A DNA stretch of 64,000 nucleotides from Tubulanus polymorphus (lineage: Eukaryota > Animalia > Nemertea), in the NCBI RefSeq assembly GCF_964204645.1, contig NC_134029.1, positions 14,440,950-14,504,949 on the forward strand, written 5' to 3'. This document shows, in pieces, positions 1 through 11,737 of the stretch (position 1 is the stretch's first letter; every line of letters begins with the position of its first letter). The notes under the pieces are model-generated. The model was not told where the DNA came from. It made no database searches and saw only the letters and a list, made by a program, of their open reading frames with translations. The position numbers were made by a program, and so were the translations under genes.

Positions 1-379
1 TTCCGGATTGATTCACCGCATAGTTTTTTCATGGTGAGCATTTGAGTATATGAATCAATTAACATGATTGACAGACCCGAGTGCGGTTTTATCAGCTGTT
101 GAAGATGTTCGATGTAAACAATAATTTTAACCACGTGCGCGATGAAAACTAAGAAGCACTTAATTTTTTAATTACATGTAATTTGAATAGGCATCTGTGC
201 TCGTTTTTCAAAAAGTTGAATTTTAATTGACTCCTATTGCATTGGCCTAAGCCAGGCCCTCTGGAATTGAATTGAATTCGACACAGTAATTCGCCTGTAA
301 TTTGCAATGAATCTTTTTGAAAATTAGCTTGAAGATTGGGTCCGGCGAGATGTCCACCCCTATTGTAAAAGAATGTCAT

Positions 380-974
380 TGGTGATCAAATATGGCTGCC
401 ATTGGGGTGGCCATCTTGAATTTCTTGTTTGCACGATGCAACCCGCAATTCTTGATGGATTTTCACAAAATTTGTTGTGAGGATCAGGGTAGGTAAGCTG
501 TCCATGCCTTTTGTATATGGAGGTCATCGGCTTTCAAATATGGCCGTCAGGTCAGCCATCTTGAATTTCTAGCAAGAATCGGCCTGCAATTCTTGATGCA
601 TTTTCATTATACTAGGTGTAAGAAATTTGGTAGGCAAAATGTCTACCCCTTATTGAAAATTGAGTTCAAGTATGGCCACCAGGGTTGTCCTCCATCTTGG
701 ATTTCTTTTCAGCACGATGCCTACACCAATTCTTGATGCATTTTTTCATGTAGTGTGATCTTTGGGGCAGCTAAAATGGGCTTGTAAGGATACGGGCTTT
801 TAATGTAAGGATATACTAACAGGAAATAACATTATCGCCACATGGCCTATGCCATCTTAACTATTTTAAAACTTGTTACATCGTTACAATGTTAATCTTT
901 CTGTAAAACTTTGAATACTGAATCATTCTTCTTCTACTGCGTCATGAAGGTATAAGGCCCGTGGGCCTCTTGTT
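380..974 (+). mobile_element. Helentron-type non-autonomous element (HINE) remnant with internal tandem subrepeats
   Basis: Repeated CAAATATGGC...GCCATCTTGAATTTC blocks; ends in hairpin AGGCCC-GT-GGGCCT followed by CTTGTT. The 5' boundary is approximate. Confidence 0.5.
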
Positions 975-1175
975 TTATTTTGGGATGCAAATAATGACAA
1001 CTTATTAGATGAGATTGACTGGAGTGTCTTGTCGACGTTCAGGTTGGGCTAAAGCCCACAAATAAGTTTGAGACTAATCAGTAGTAATAGTGCGTAGGCA
1101 TGGGTTGGGGTACACCAAAGTTTTGCTTATTCAAGGAGATTCTCTATGAGATCACAAGTTGGCTTCCAATTTCAG

Positions 1176-1275
1176 ACCATTATCCGAACAAGAACAGGAA
1201 GATTTGGCTCTAGCCCAAGCATTAGCTGCAAGTGAAGCGGAGCAATATCAACACAGAAGACAGAATTCACAAAAT
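1176..1275 (+). CDS. ZFAND2B: Penultimate coding exon of AN1-type zinc finger protein 2B (AIRAPL)-like gene; ubiquitin-interacting motif
   Basis: TTTCAG acceptor and GTAGGT donor; encodes PLSEQEQEDLALAQALAASEAEQYQHRRQNSQN, closely resembling the AIRAPL second UIM (EEDLALAQALSASEAEYQ); splices in phase 0 to the exon at 23516. Confidence 0.85.
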
Positions 1276-1358
1276 GTAGGTCCATTTTTCTACAATAATC
1301 ATTATTTTTCTGTTAACTTCTTGTTCTTCTTTAATGTCCATGTTACTTAGGTAGATGC

Positions 1359-2515
1359 TTTCTATGCTCCTGGCTCAACTTAAGTTGAGAGGGGGCATAT
1401 AGATTCACCCCTGTCTGAGTACACTGCCGCCGCAAGTGACGCCTAGAGGCCGCAATTGTTGACCTATTGTTTTCAACTTAATGACAACTTATTAGATGAG
1501 ATTGATTGGAGTGTCTTGTCGATGTTCAGGTTGGGCTAAAGCCCACAACTAAGTTTGAGACTAATCAGTAGGAATAGTGCATAGGCATGGGTTGGGGTAT
1601 ACCAAAGTTTTGCTTATTCAAGGAGATTCTCTATGAGATCACAAGTTGGCTTCTAATTTCAGACCATTATCTGAACAAGAACAGGAAGATTCAAATTATG
1701 GCCACCAGGGGGGCGACATGAAAAACAACGTTAATAGCCTAGAGGCTGCAATTGGTGACCGATTCATTTCAAACTTCGTACACAAGTAGGATATCACTTG
1801 GGCCAGAACCTTATTTAAAATTGGGTCAATTAGATTCAAATTATGGCCACCAGGGGGCTGATATGAAAAACGACGTTAACAGCCTAGAGGCTGCGATTGG
1901 TGACAAATTCATTTCAAACTTAGTACACAAGTAGGATATCACTTCGGCCAGAACCTTATTTAAAATTGAGTTGATTCAATTCAAATTATTGACACCAGGG
2001 GGCCGACATGAAGAACGATGTTAACAGCCTAGAGGCCACAATTGTTGACCGATTGTTTTCAAACTTTGTACACAAGTAGGGTATTACTTGGCCCCGAATC
2101 CTATTTAAAATTGGGTCAATTCGCATAATGGCCACCAGGGGGCAGGCATGAAAAATTACGTAAATAGCCTAAAGGCTATTTACGGCTTAATTTCAAACTT
2201 ACACAAGAAAGTACAAAAAAGTACACAAGTAGGGTATCACTTGGGCCAGATCCCTATTTAATTGGGTCAATTCGATTCAAATTATTACTAGAGGCTGCAA
2301 TTGTTGACCAATTCAAATTATGGCCATCAGGGGAAAACAGTCTAGAGGCTGCAACTGTTGATAAGTTATTTACACTTTGTACACTTGTTCTCTAATATCA
2401 TTCGTACAGAAATAATTGTGGCCATGATATTTCTAACGCATTTACCACAAACCCTGTAACTTCATGTGGCGGTGAGTTTCAGGCCAGGGGCATTCGAGGC
2501 TGCCTCATTCTAGTT
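1359..2515 (+). mobile_element. HINE with an internal array of about 145-bp tandem repeats
   Basis: SubTIRs ATGCTCCTGGC (1364-1374) and GCCAGGGGCAT (2483-2493); 3' hairpin GAGGC-T-GCCTC then CTAGTT; repeat units start at about 1691, 1836 and 1981. Confidence 0.7.
1479..1690 (+). repeat. Near-identical copy of 992-1203 (intron, splice acceptor and first 28 nt of the ZFAND2B exon) embedded in the HINE
   Basis: Direct match from TAATGACAACTTATTAGATGAG to GAACAAGAACAGGAAGAT with few substitutions. Confidence 0.9.
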
Positions 2516-2659
2516 GAACATTCACTACAATGAGAATTCAGGCGGGGATCTAGACAGATTAAACTAACTGCATGGCTCGAATTTGAAGTGTCCTTCAAAA
2601 TTTTTGTATGGTATTCAAGATTTCATACGGTAATGGCCTTTGGTGATCGTCACCGGCGT

Positions 2660-2900
2660 CATGAATGAAGAAATCCCGTAATAGAATTTTAAATATGATA
2701 AAATTTGTTAAGGTGAAAACGCAACGTTTCGACTGTTGACTGACAGCAATCTCAGGTGGAATGTAGACATTCCTAGTGATAAGGGCTTTTAGTCAGATGG
2801 CTGTCAGTCAACAGCCGAAACGTTGTGGTTTAACTTTAATAAATTTCATGATACAAAATTCTGTTGTTGAATTTCTTTATTTAGTTAACACGGTTTAGAG
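2660..2900. mobile_element. Inverted pair of Penelope-like pseudo-LTR fragments with degenerate hammerhead-like cores
   Basis: CAACGTTTCGACTGTTGACTGACAGC (about 2722) is the near reverse complement of GCTGTCAGTCAACAGCCGAAACGTTG (about 2800); the stem-GAAACGTT layout resembles Penelope minimal hammerheads. Confidence 0.5.
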
Positions 2901-3307
2901 TATTGTATTCGACTAATTCGGGTCCTGTAGTCGTTAAGATCGAAAATTATCTACTTTTTGGCACGGAAGGGATATACAACCGTGTCGGTCGCTATGAAAG
3001 GGATTCCCTGTATATATGCACCTTAAATCGGTACCTTTGTTGGTTCTAGCCTGCATTCACTTCCAAATTCAAAGGACATGTGACAACTTTTCCAAAGAAC
3101 CCCAGTTTTTAGTCGCATATCGTTGGTCTATGGTCACATTTCTCATAGGGATTGCAATCTTGATTGAAAATTGAATGAATTCGATTAAAAAGGTATTTTA
3201 ATAGCGAATTCTTCCATTCCGTCATGTACTGTTTCCATTTACCGGATATGACGTCAGCGCCAGAAGGGCGGCGCTAGCCGTAATAGACAGATACATGCCA
3301 TTCAGAT

Positions 3308-5085
3308 ATGTGGGATAGTCACAGTGATCTTTCTACGGACGATGAATCGATTAATAGCAATTATGCCGTTGAAAATGACCAAGAAGATCAAGAAACTGAC
3401 TCTTCTAGTGATGAAGAGGTCATTAACCCATATTTACATGAGCCGTTGGCTGAAGAAAATGAGCAAATTGAAGGAGAACGACCAGACAATCGGCCGGATC
3501 GAGAGTATAGACTTCAACCATACAGTCTCGAACAATGGTGAGTTATTCATCACGATCGTTGCCGATAAATAACGATTGTTGTTAAATACAAAAGCACTCA
3601 AATAGCACATTATTCGTCGAGCTTTCGCAAATCCTGGAAGTACATGGGCCCAAAACTCGATGAATAATATGCTACTTCTCATTTGGGTAAATTCAAGTAA
3701 AATTCAATTAAATTTTAGTAAGCCTAGAAAATTGAAATTGCGATAGTTTGCAGTAAAGACTGTAAGCATATATCTTCTTTTTGGAGTAGCTTCACGTGAT
3801 GTATACGGGGATGAAAATCTTGCGTGGAAATCCGCGGTTGGATATCTATTTTTATCATTCTTGTGATTCATGTAGATCCGTTGAGAAAATAGGGGGGATA
3901 CCTGTAGTGGTTATAGTTTTTAGGAAAAGTTCTGAGTTGAAATCATAGCACACTTAATGAACAGACCGTAAAAGTGTCTTATAAAACCGGTGCTACAATC
4001 TCTTAAACTCTCATATACAACATTGTTGCGAAACATCGGTATTGTCTAAAGCCACCTGTCAGCGCGAGTTTCAACAAATCAATATATTGTATATAACAGC
4101 GCTGGCGCTGCGCGGCAGATTTATATTTAGAATTTGCAGTCGCGCGTCATTCGACAAGGAATATATGTACGTAATCAATAATAAAATTAGTCATTGTTTC
4201 AATCCACGCACTTTGTGTTGGTCCTGAGCGATGGATAGGAAAATTAAAGATAGGGGCTCCGCTTTGGACCCCTCAACAATTACCTGAGGGATTCGAACCT
4301 AACTGGTCTCACTATATGTATCTAAGATTTGGATATTGTCGGAGCCATCCTTTTCATTAAAATAAACAACAAACGATCGACCGCGCGTGGTAGCAGTCTT
4401 ATTTTGTCATGAGTCACTGCTGGATAATGGACCTCAGATGCGCCAAGAACCCCTTGAAATTTCAAAATTTTCTGGGGGGAGGATCCCAAAACCCCCCGTA
4501 AGGGGCTTAGCCCCTTTCGGTGCTCGCGACTGCTGGCTACGCCAGCACTTTTCTCGTAGTTGTACTTCCGCGTTTTTCAAAGTAGTCCGTTTTCATCCCT
4601 GTATATAAAACATGATATAAATAAAAAACTATAATTTTTATATTTATGTTTTAGGTGTCATTGTAACCACTGTCAAGTCATGCAAACTGAACCAGAATGT
4701 ACTTGTTGTCGGGAGATTCAGCCGGTCGAGTCTAGGCGTGAGGAAATAGAGACTTCGGTAGTTGAACCTCATTCGATCAAGTTTATCACGGACACTCCGG
4801 GATTTGCAACTGTGTGCTTAGATCCGTCGGTACTACACACAGCGTAGCTGGCATATAAGGCGCAATATGGACGGAAAGGATTTGATGGAAATAATAACCA
4901 AAAAATGCGTCATATAGCCTACAGACAGTGTGTACGATGGTGCTGGGGTTTTTGCGGTAAAAACAATAGGGTAACCTATTAGGTATGAGGGTAACCTCAT
5001 GCGTAGTGTCGTGCATCCGGTCGCATTTCCCATTGGATAATGGAGATCAAGTCTACAAGGGTTTTCGTCTTCCAGTGCTTGATAA
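3308..5085 (+). pseudogene. KolX / P2X7 C-terminal ballast-like Cys-rich protein, 2 exons (3308-3537, 4655-about 5085)
   Basis: Splicing TG|gtgagt...ttttag|G gives W-CHCNHCQVMQTEPECTCCREI, then RHIAYRQCVRWCWG...CVVSCIRSHFP...YKGF; one in-frame stop and a small duplication. Confidence 0.85.
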
Positions 5086-5124
5086 GATTTTTCTCTTTAT
5101 TCTTCCTCATTCAATCATACGTTT

Positions 5125-7260
5125 ATGACGCACCCCGGTACAGTGTACAATTATTGTGAAATTTCGTCCAAAAGAATAAAATATATTCATTCATTTCACT
5201 GGTTTTCCTATGTTTCTTCGAGGGGTTTAAAGTCCGTGTACATCCGATGTTGGGCAAAATCCTACAATCCCAGGTTTAGTACAGCTTCATACTCAGAGGT
5301 GCCAACCTGTACGTATTTTTCGTAATTTTTCGTATTTTTCGTAATATATTTTGAATCCATTGTTTTATGTCTTCATTTCCTTTGCGTTTTGTCAGCTTCT
5401 CCAGTTTCTTTGCAAATGCTGAATAATACCTAAGTTGCCATAACAATGTTATCTTATGTTCTGACTCGACGTAGGAAAAAAACATGTAAAGGGCAAAAAT
5501 ATCAATATTGTGACAATATCATTAGTTCTACATGGCATGTTGTGTTTTTGAACGATCTCTTCCTTTAACGCAATGCCAACAGTCATAGAAATGAGGAACA
5601 TTCCAACATTCGCGTGTCCATTTCCTAACAGATAAGTGCATATCGGTAAAAAATGCGGATACACTGAATTTCACCAAGGTCTTCTGACATTGTTTCAGCC
5701 CCTCCAATTCCATCACGTTTGACGACGTTGTGTCGTTACTCTGTAAATAAAATTTTAAAAAAAACATCAACATTGATCAACCTACGTATGACAATCAAAA
5801 TAATGGAAATCCTGCAGAATTGAAGATTGAATTTACCTGCACTAATTCTGATGTAAGGATTCTATTTTGCCGCAAGTCCATTATTGTGTAAAAGCAATAC
5901 TTCGCTGAATGACCTGGGCTATCGCAGCGACCATCCCCTCCCAGCAGTAGTGGTTTATTTCCGATGGAATCCAATTGCAGCTTTTCTCTTTTCATTGAAG
6001 TATTTTCTTATTGCATGGTGAATATACCGGGATTGGTGTCTGTAAACCGTTCTTATTGTGGAACAATGAATTTTCATTAAACTGAAATCATGATAAAGTC
6101 TATCAGCTGTATGACTAATGGGAACAGTCTATCAAAATATTATGAAGTAGTCTTCTAGAAAGAATCCATATACCCGTTAGAATAAATGTAAAAATACTAT
6201 TTCAAGTGACACTTACTTGAACAGGCGGGTCACTTTGGTTGTTAGATTACCAGTCAAAATTATCATGGCACTTAGCATTATGCTACACACTGGAATGCCT
6301 CGGATTGTTGATTCACTCTTCCATTCAGTTGCGTTATGGCATGAAGTGCATTTTGTTCTCACAGTGATTTGATTTCCAAAAATTTGACGCCAGACCCTGT
6401 TTGATGCCTTACAAATGACGCACGATGCAAAAGCAGCAGCAGGGCAGATTGTAAGACAACAAATTTTGACTGATCTCTAATGGGCAAATCTGATTCATCC
6501 CTAAAATAGAAAAGAAAAAATTGAATTGTTTCTCAGATTAGTTACCAGCAAAGAATTATAGAGAAAACAGCACTATGCAACGGCTTTCATGTCATACCTC
6601 ATCTCTTCAAATGCAAACTTCTCAAAATCATTATCGTCAAATTCTATCTCGGATTCTGAGTCAGTTGTCTCGGGGAGATATTCCATGTGATGTCTTTTTA
6701 ACTTTTGAGGCGTCATCTGTGTGGATCTTGTCACCCTGCGTCTTTTCTTAGTCATATGTCTTCGCGTACATACTGGTTTTCAGCTTGAATACCTATTTAT
6801 TTTCGTGTGTACGAAAAAATAGAACCCCACACCGTGCATCACTTGGGGATACAACTCTGGAATCTCTGCTGATGATTAAATCTTCTAAGAATCAGTCTTT
6901 GAAGAATTTGAGTGATACACAGGTGAAAAGCTTGCAAGGTTTCGTACTACCGCTTCGTGAAAAAAAGTAAAACGTAGTTTTCTCTTTGACTTGATAAAGG
7001 ATTGCCTGTCAAGCAGGGAGAGTCCATACCTGTTATGTGCTTTGTAATGTAATGTGTGTATCTTTTTATTGGTTTGAATAAAGAAAAACGTGTCTAAATC
7101 ATGAATATGCGTGTCATCTTAACTCAAATGTTTTATGGCCAGAGCTTCCGAAAAACTTGTGGAAACTACTCATTGTCATAAAATTTGTTGCATTCTACAC
7201 ATTTTCATCTTTGGCAAAACTACCCAAAAATTGAGGAAATATGGTCATTCTACACATTTT
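5125..7260 (-). pseudogene. Kolobok-type DDE transposase, intron-containing and disrupted
   Basis: LLLGGDGRCDSPGHSAKYCFYTIMD (5795-5995) and SSNVMELEGL...TDMHLSVRKW...HFYDCWH (5528-5773); the upstream limit is uncertain. Confidence 0.8.
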
Positions 7261-7879
7261 ATATTCAGTATTCAATCAGTAAAATTACTAATTTTCCCAA
7301 ATTGAACTACACATTTGGTAGATATGGGGTAAGCAGGTCTGCAAAAGCCTAACTAAGGAAATTGACTAGTCTCGGGTCAACTGATCTGAGTCTAGCACTG
7401 ACACACAAAAAAATAGGCCTATCGATGTAGCTGCCTGTAGTAATACAAATCTCTTACTCATTATTGGTTAAACGGTACAAACCCGACCACTTCGATGTAG
7501 GCCTACACCGAGGTAAGAATTTGTTTGTACCCTGGAAGTATAGTAAAGAAATTCAGTCATATTCCAGGAGTATCTAATACTTACGTTCACAAATGAAACC
7601 CTTTAACTCGTGATAAATTCTGATGTTTATAACCATTGCGTCTAGAGAGAACGGCTTAACGTCATGATGATGTACAATAGATTCGTTCACGGCCACCGAT
7701 AATATTGATTTCTTCAAGTTCTTACAATGATAGCCGTCTTCCATGGAAAGTTAGCAAGGACAAATAAGAAAGTCAGGAAGTTTGTTAATTATTGATTTGA
7801 ATTGTTCCTTTAAATAGTTCTATGGACATTCTTTTGGCGATAGCAGGTGACGCACAATGGGACAGGCAACCAGTCAAAT

Positions 7880-8205
7880 TGATGAGTCGATTCCGTAACC
7901 GATGGTAGAGACCGGTAACAAGTCTACTCGACTCCAAAGACAATTTAACGGCCCATATTACACCCCGAAATTGACTATAGCATATGAATTATGTTATGTT
8001 ACAACGTATCATTATTCATCATCTTATTTTATCATGACTTTGGAATATTACTCGCACGATATTGGGAAAAGAAACATTAAACTACACAATTTGAATTTGA
8101 TTGTCCGGGATTATAACTGTATATGCAACATAATCCACTTTCAAGAATAACGTGACACTCGACTAAAATGGCGATCTATTCAATAAGGTGTTAATTTGCT
8201 TAATG
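7880..8205 (+). repeat. Dispersed repeat; second copy at about 9200-9495, partial third at about 59540-59660
   Basis: Shared TCTACTCGACTCCA...GACAA in all three and TTACTCGCACGATATTGGGAAAAGAAAC in the first two. Confidence 0.75.
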
Positions 8206-9719
8206 TTCAGGCAAGAAAATTTTGTTAGAATGAAAACGATTCTGTTCCATCGAAAAATATACTTTTTGTTTGAACAAAAAACTTTTCGTTCGAACCAAGG
8301 AAACTTTGTTCGACCAAAAAAAATTTTGTTTGAATGATTTTTTGAAATTGGTTCGATCGAACAAAATATTTTTGGTTCAAACATTTTGATGTTCCGATGA
8401 AAAAATGTGTTCGAACGAAAGGGTGTTTGAACGAACAAACGATATTTTCATTCGTAGTAACTAGAGCCATCAGGAATGAATAAATTACCAGTTTCATTTA
8501 TGATGAAAAAATAAAAAGTCTGGTTTATTTAGTTGTCTGCTCAGACGAAATTTTCAAAAAAATCTTCATTTTTGCCGATAAAATATAATTTATAATTGTG
8601 ATTGATCATTACAAGTCAAAACCAGTTAGGCTAATCACTAATACATGTATTCTAATAGATCTGATTCATCATTTACAGGGAACTTTAGGCCTATGTATAT
8701 GCATAGGCCTGGCATCCGTACAAAATAGGCTTATTGAATTTCAACCCACCTAAACATCGTATTCCTACACCTCATTTGACAGGGATAGGTCTCTGGGCTA
8801 TTTAATGTTTCCGGGTTTTTTATTGCAAATTTTGTTATGAAGATCAATCCATGAAACCGTTAATAATCACAACCATTATAATGTGTTCGAGACAGTAGGC
8901 CTAAAGGTCGCGTACAATTCAATGACCATTATAAGCGACCTATAAACGATTTCCTATCCCCACGGCGAACACTAATCCAAAAATCGAGCGTGAGTCCAGC
9001 TACGGATAAGAGTGTGTTATATAGGGCCTTCTTGCATTTAGTAAATAACTGTGGATTTGATAAAGATCGATATAACTATAGGAAAAATAAGATATTGATA
9101 AATGGTGAAGCCCGCGGGCGAACCAAGTAATAGATTCTTTTATTTTGATACCTCGTCGACGCAACAGCTTTTCTCCGCTTCATCTGTTCGGCAACTGAAG
9201 GTAAAGACTGGTAAACAGTCTACTCGACTCCAAGGACAACTAATCGTTTCGCATAACACCCCCAAAATGACTAAGGCATATGAATTATTTTATGTTATAA
9301 CCTATCGTTATTCATCATCTTATGTTATCGTCACTTCGGAATATTACTCGCACGATATTGGGAAAAGAAACAATAAAGTACACAATTTGAATCGGATTGT
9401 CCGGGATTAGAAACTGTATAGGCGACACACTCCACTTTCAAGAATAACGTGACGCTCCATTAAAATGGCAAACTATTCACTATGGCGTTAATTTGTGCTG
9501 TTTAGAGGCTTTAAGTGATTAAACGGTGAGGATCTGATAAAAAAACCTGTGCAGTATTTGTCAATGCAACGTAGTACTTGTGATAAAATAGGAAGTAAGA
9601 CCACGATCGCATGTATACTGACGCAGCCAAACCATGCTATTGAAAATGAAGGGAATCCTGTTCAACGGTCAACATGGTTTTAAGGTCTACAAACAGTCAA
9701 TTAGGTACTACATCAGCGA

Positions 9720-11737
9720 TTACTAAACAAGCTATTAGGAAACATTCACCAAAATCAGCACTTTTTACACGTTTTTGAGGGAAATTTTGAAGACGCTTTG
9801 ATCAATTACCTTGATCTTTCGTATATATTTGAATCCCCCAAGGGCCCATCAGCATAAGACAAATTGGGTCGATCAGACTCAAGATGGCCGTCCTATGACC
9901 TTTTTAGTGGCCAAAAATGTTAATTTTGACGGTAATTCTGGGTCCTGTAGCTTCCTACTGGTTTACCATTTCTCATTGCAATTTGTGATGGGTATTCTTT
10001 GGAAATGGATGCTTTATACCTGAGACAGGTAATTTTGATCAGCCAATTATGAGGCAATTGGCGGCAATCTTGGTGTCATCAGTACTCATTCATAGGTCGG
10101 AAAAGTTTTTCCACATTATATTGAAACCTAAGCATATTGTGTTACTGCAATCAATTGGAAAGTTGTAGCCCATAACGTGTTCTGTGATATTGGTGAGTTT
10201 CAAGGTCATTGGTTTTTGTATATGGCAACCAGGGGGTGTTGAATAATACAATAACTTAGTATTTCTATATTATATTTGTACCTGTACATATTTTGTTACT
10301 ACAATCAATTGCAAAGTTGTAGCTCATGACATCGTCCATGATAGTGGTGAATTTTAAGGACATTAGGTATTCTATATGGTCACCAGGGGGCGTTGAATAT
10401 TGAAATTGTTAGATTGTTGAGCATTTAAAATCACTTCCCAAGTTGGCATGGTGTCCCTGGGCCCCTAGTTACAAATTCTTGGTTTTTGAAGGAAAATTTG
10501 AAGACGCTTTGAGCAATCACCTTGATCTTTCTTTGAATCCCATAAGGGCCCATCAGCTTACGAAAAATTGGGTCGACTAGACTCAAGATGGCCATCCTGT
10601 GACCTTTTTTGCCCAAAAATGTCAATTTTGGCCCGTATTCCGAGTCCTGTAGCTTTCTACTGGTTGTAATATTTTTCATTGCAATTTTTGATGGGTATTC
10701 TTTGGAAAGGAATCTTTAAAGCTAAGCACACACGGACAAAGCGACTGGAGACTACAAGTTGCTAGTGAGCGAGTACATCGAAAATCTAATGAAAACCAGC
10801 AACTGCGTGGCTCATGCTGGTCGCTAGGTCCATAGCGCACACATCAACAGCAACTGAGTTGTGTAATCTAGCAAATATTCTCAGGGCATCTCGAATCACG
10901 TGACAAATTGCTTTGTTTTAGTCAGTTGCAACCATGTGTTTTTGATTATGGAGCGCCCACATCGACGAATATGACAGCAACTGAGTACAACTAGATGCTC
11001 AAAAGTAGAACATGGGCAACTGGCTGGAACTGGAGATAGATGGACGCTAACCAGTTGTAAGCTAGCTCACATTGACACATTCTAGCAACTGGTTGTATCC
11101 AGCCAGTTGCTCTCACGCGCCTAAAACTGCCCGGCAACTTGTTGTCTCCAATCGCAGTGTCGATGTAGGCTAGCCCTAATACGTGAAACAGGTATTTTTG
11201 ATCAACCATTTATGACGCAATTGGCAGCCATCTTGGTGTCATCAGTACTCATTTGTAGGTTGAAAAAGTTTTTCCACATGACACTGATACCTAAGCATAT
11301 TTTGTAACCACAATCAATTGGAAAGTTGTTGCTCAAAACATTTTCTATGATTTTGGTGAGTTTTCAGGTTATTGGTTTTTGTGTATGGCCACCAGGGGGC
11401 GTTGAATAATACAATAACTTAGTATTTCTATATTATATTTGTACCTATGCATGTTTTATTACCACAATTAATTACAAAGTTCATGACATGGTCTCTGATT
11501 GTGGTGAGTTCCAAGGTCATTAGTTATTCTATATGGTCACCAGGGGGCGTTGAATGGTAGAATAACCTAGTATTTCCTTATTATATTGGTATGTAGGCAT
11601 ATTCCTAATTATAGTCGTGAGTTTCAAGGTCATTTTTTTTGTATTTGTACACCAGGGGGTGTTTAATATTGAAATTGTTAGTATTGAGCATTTGAAACCA
11701 TTTCCCAAGTGGGCATGGTGTCCCTGGACCCATAGTT
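9720..11737 (+). mobile_element. Tandem HINE-like copies with internal subrepeats; related fragment at about 22820-23270
   Basis: Two matching ends TCCCAAGT(T/G)GGCATGGTGTCCCTGG(G/A)CCC(C/A)TAGTT at about 10470 and 11737; repeated CCAGGGGGCGTTGAAT units. Confidence 0.6.
10720..11176. mobile_element. PIF/Harbinger-like MITE
   Basis: Imperfect TIRs of about 45 bp (GCGACTGGAGACTACAAGTTG / CAACTTGTTGTCTCCAATCGC), TAA duplication, and an empty site in the sister repeat at about 10015. Confidence 0.7.

Larger units (their letters stand above)
3073..7809. mobile_element. Decayed Kolobok-superfamily DNA transposon with convergent KolX and transposase genes
   Basis: Diagnostic gene pair; tentative ends tcaa|AGGAC...TTCCT|ttaa fit a TTAA target, but the TIR match is weak and the boundaries are uncertain. 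Confidence 0.7.

Noticed and set aside
4655-5085. In-frame ZFAND2B-KolX fusion by splicing
   Set aside because: The host donor is phase 0 and the KolX acceptor phase 2, and the KolX exon has a stop.
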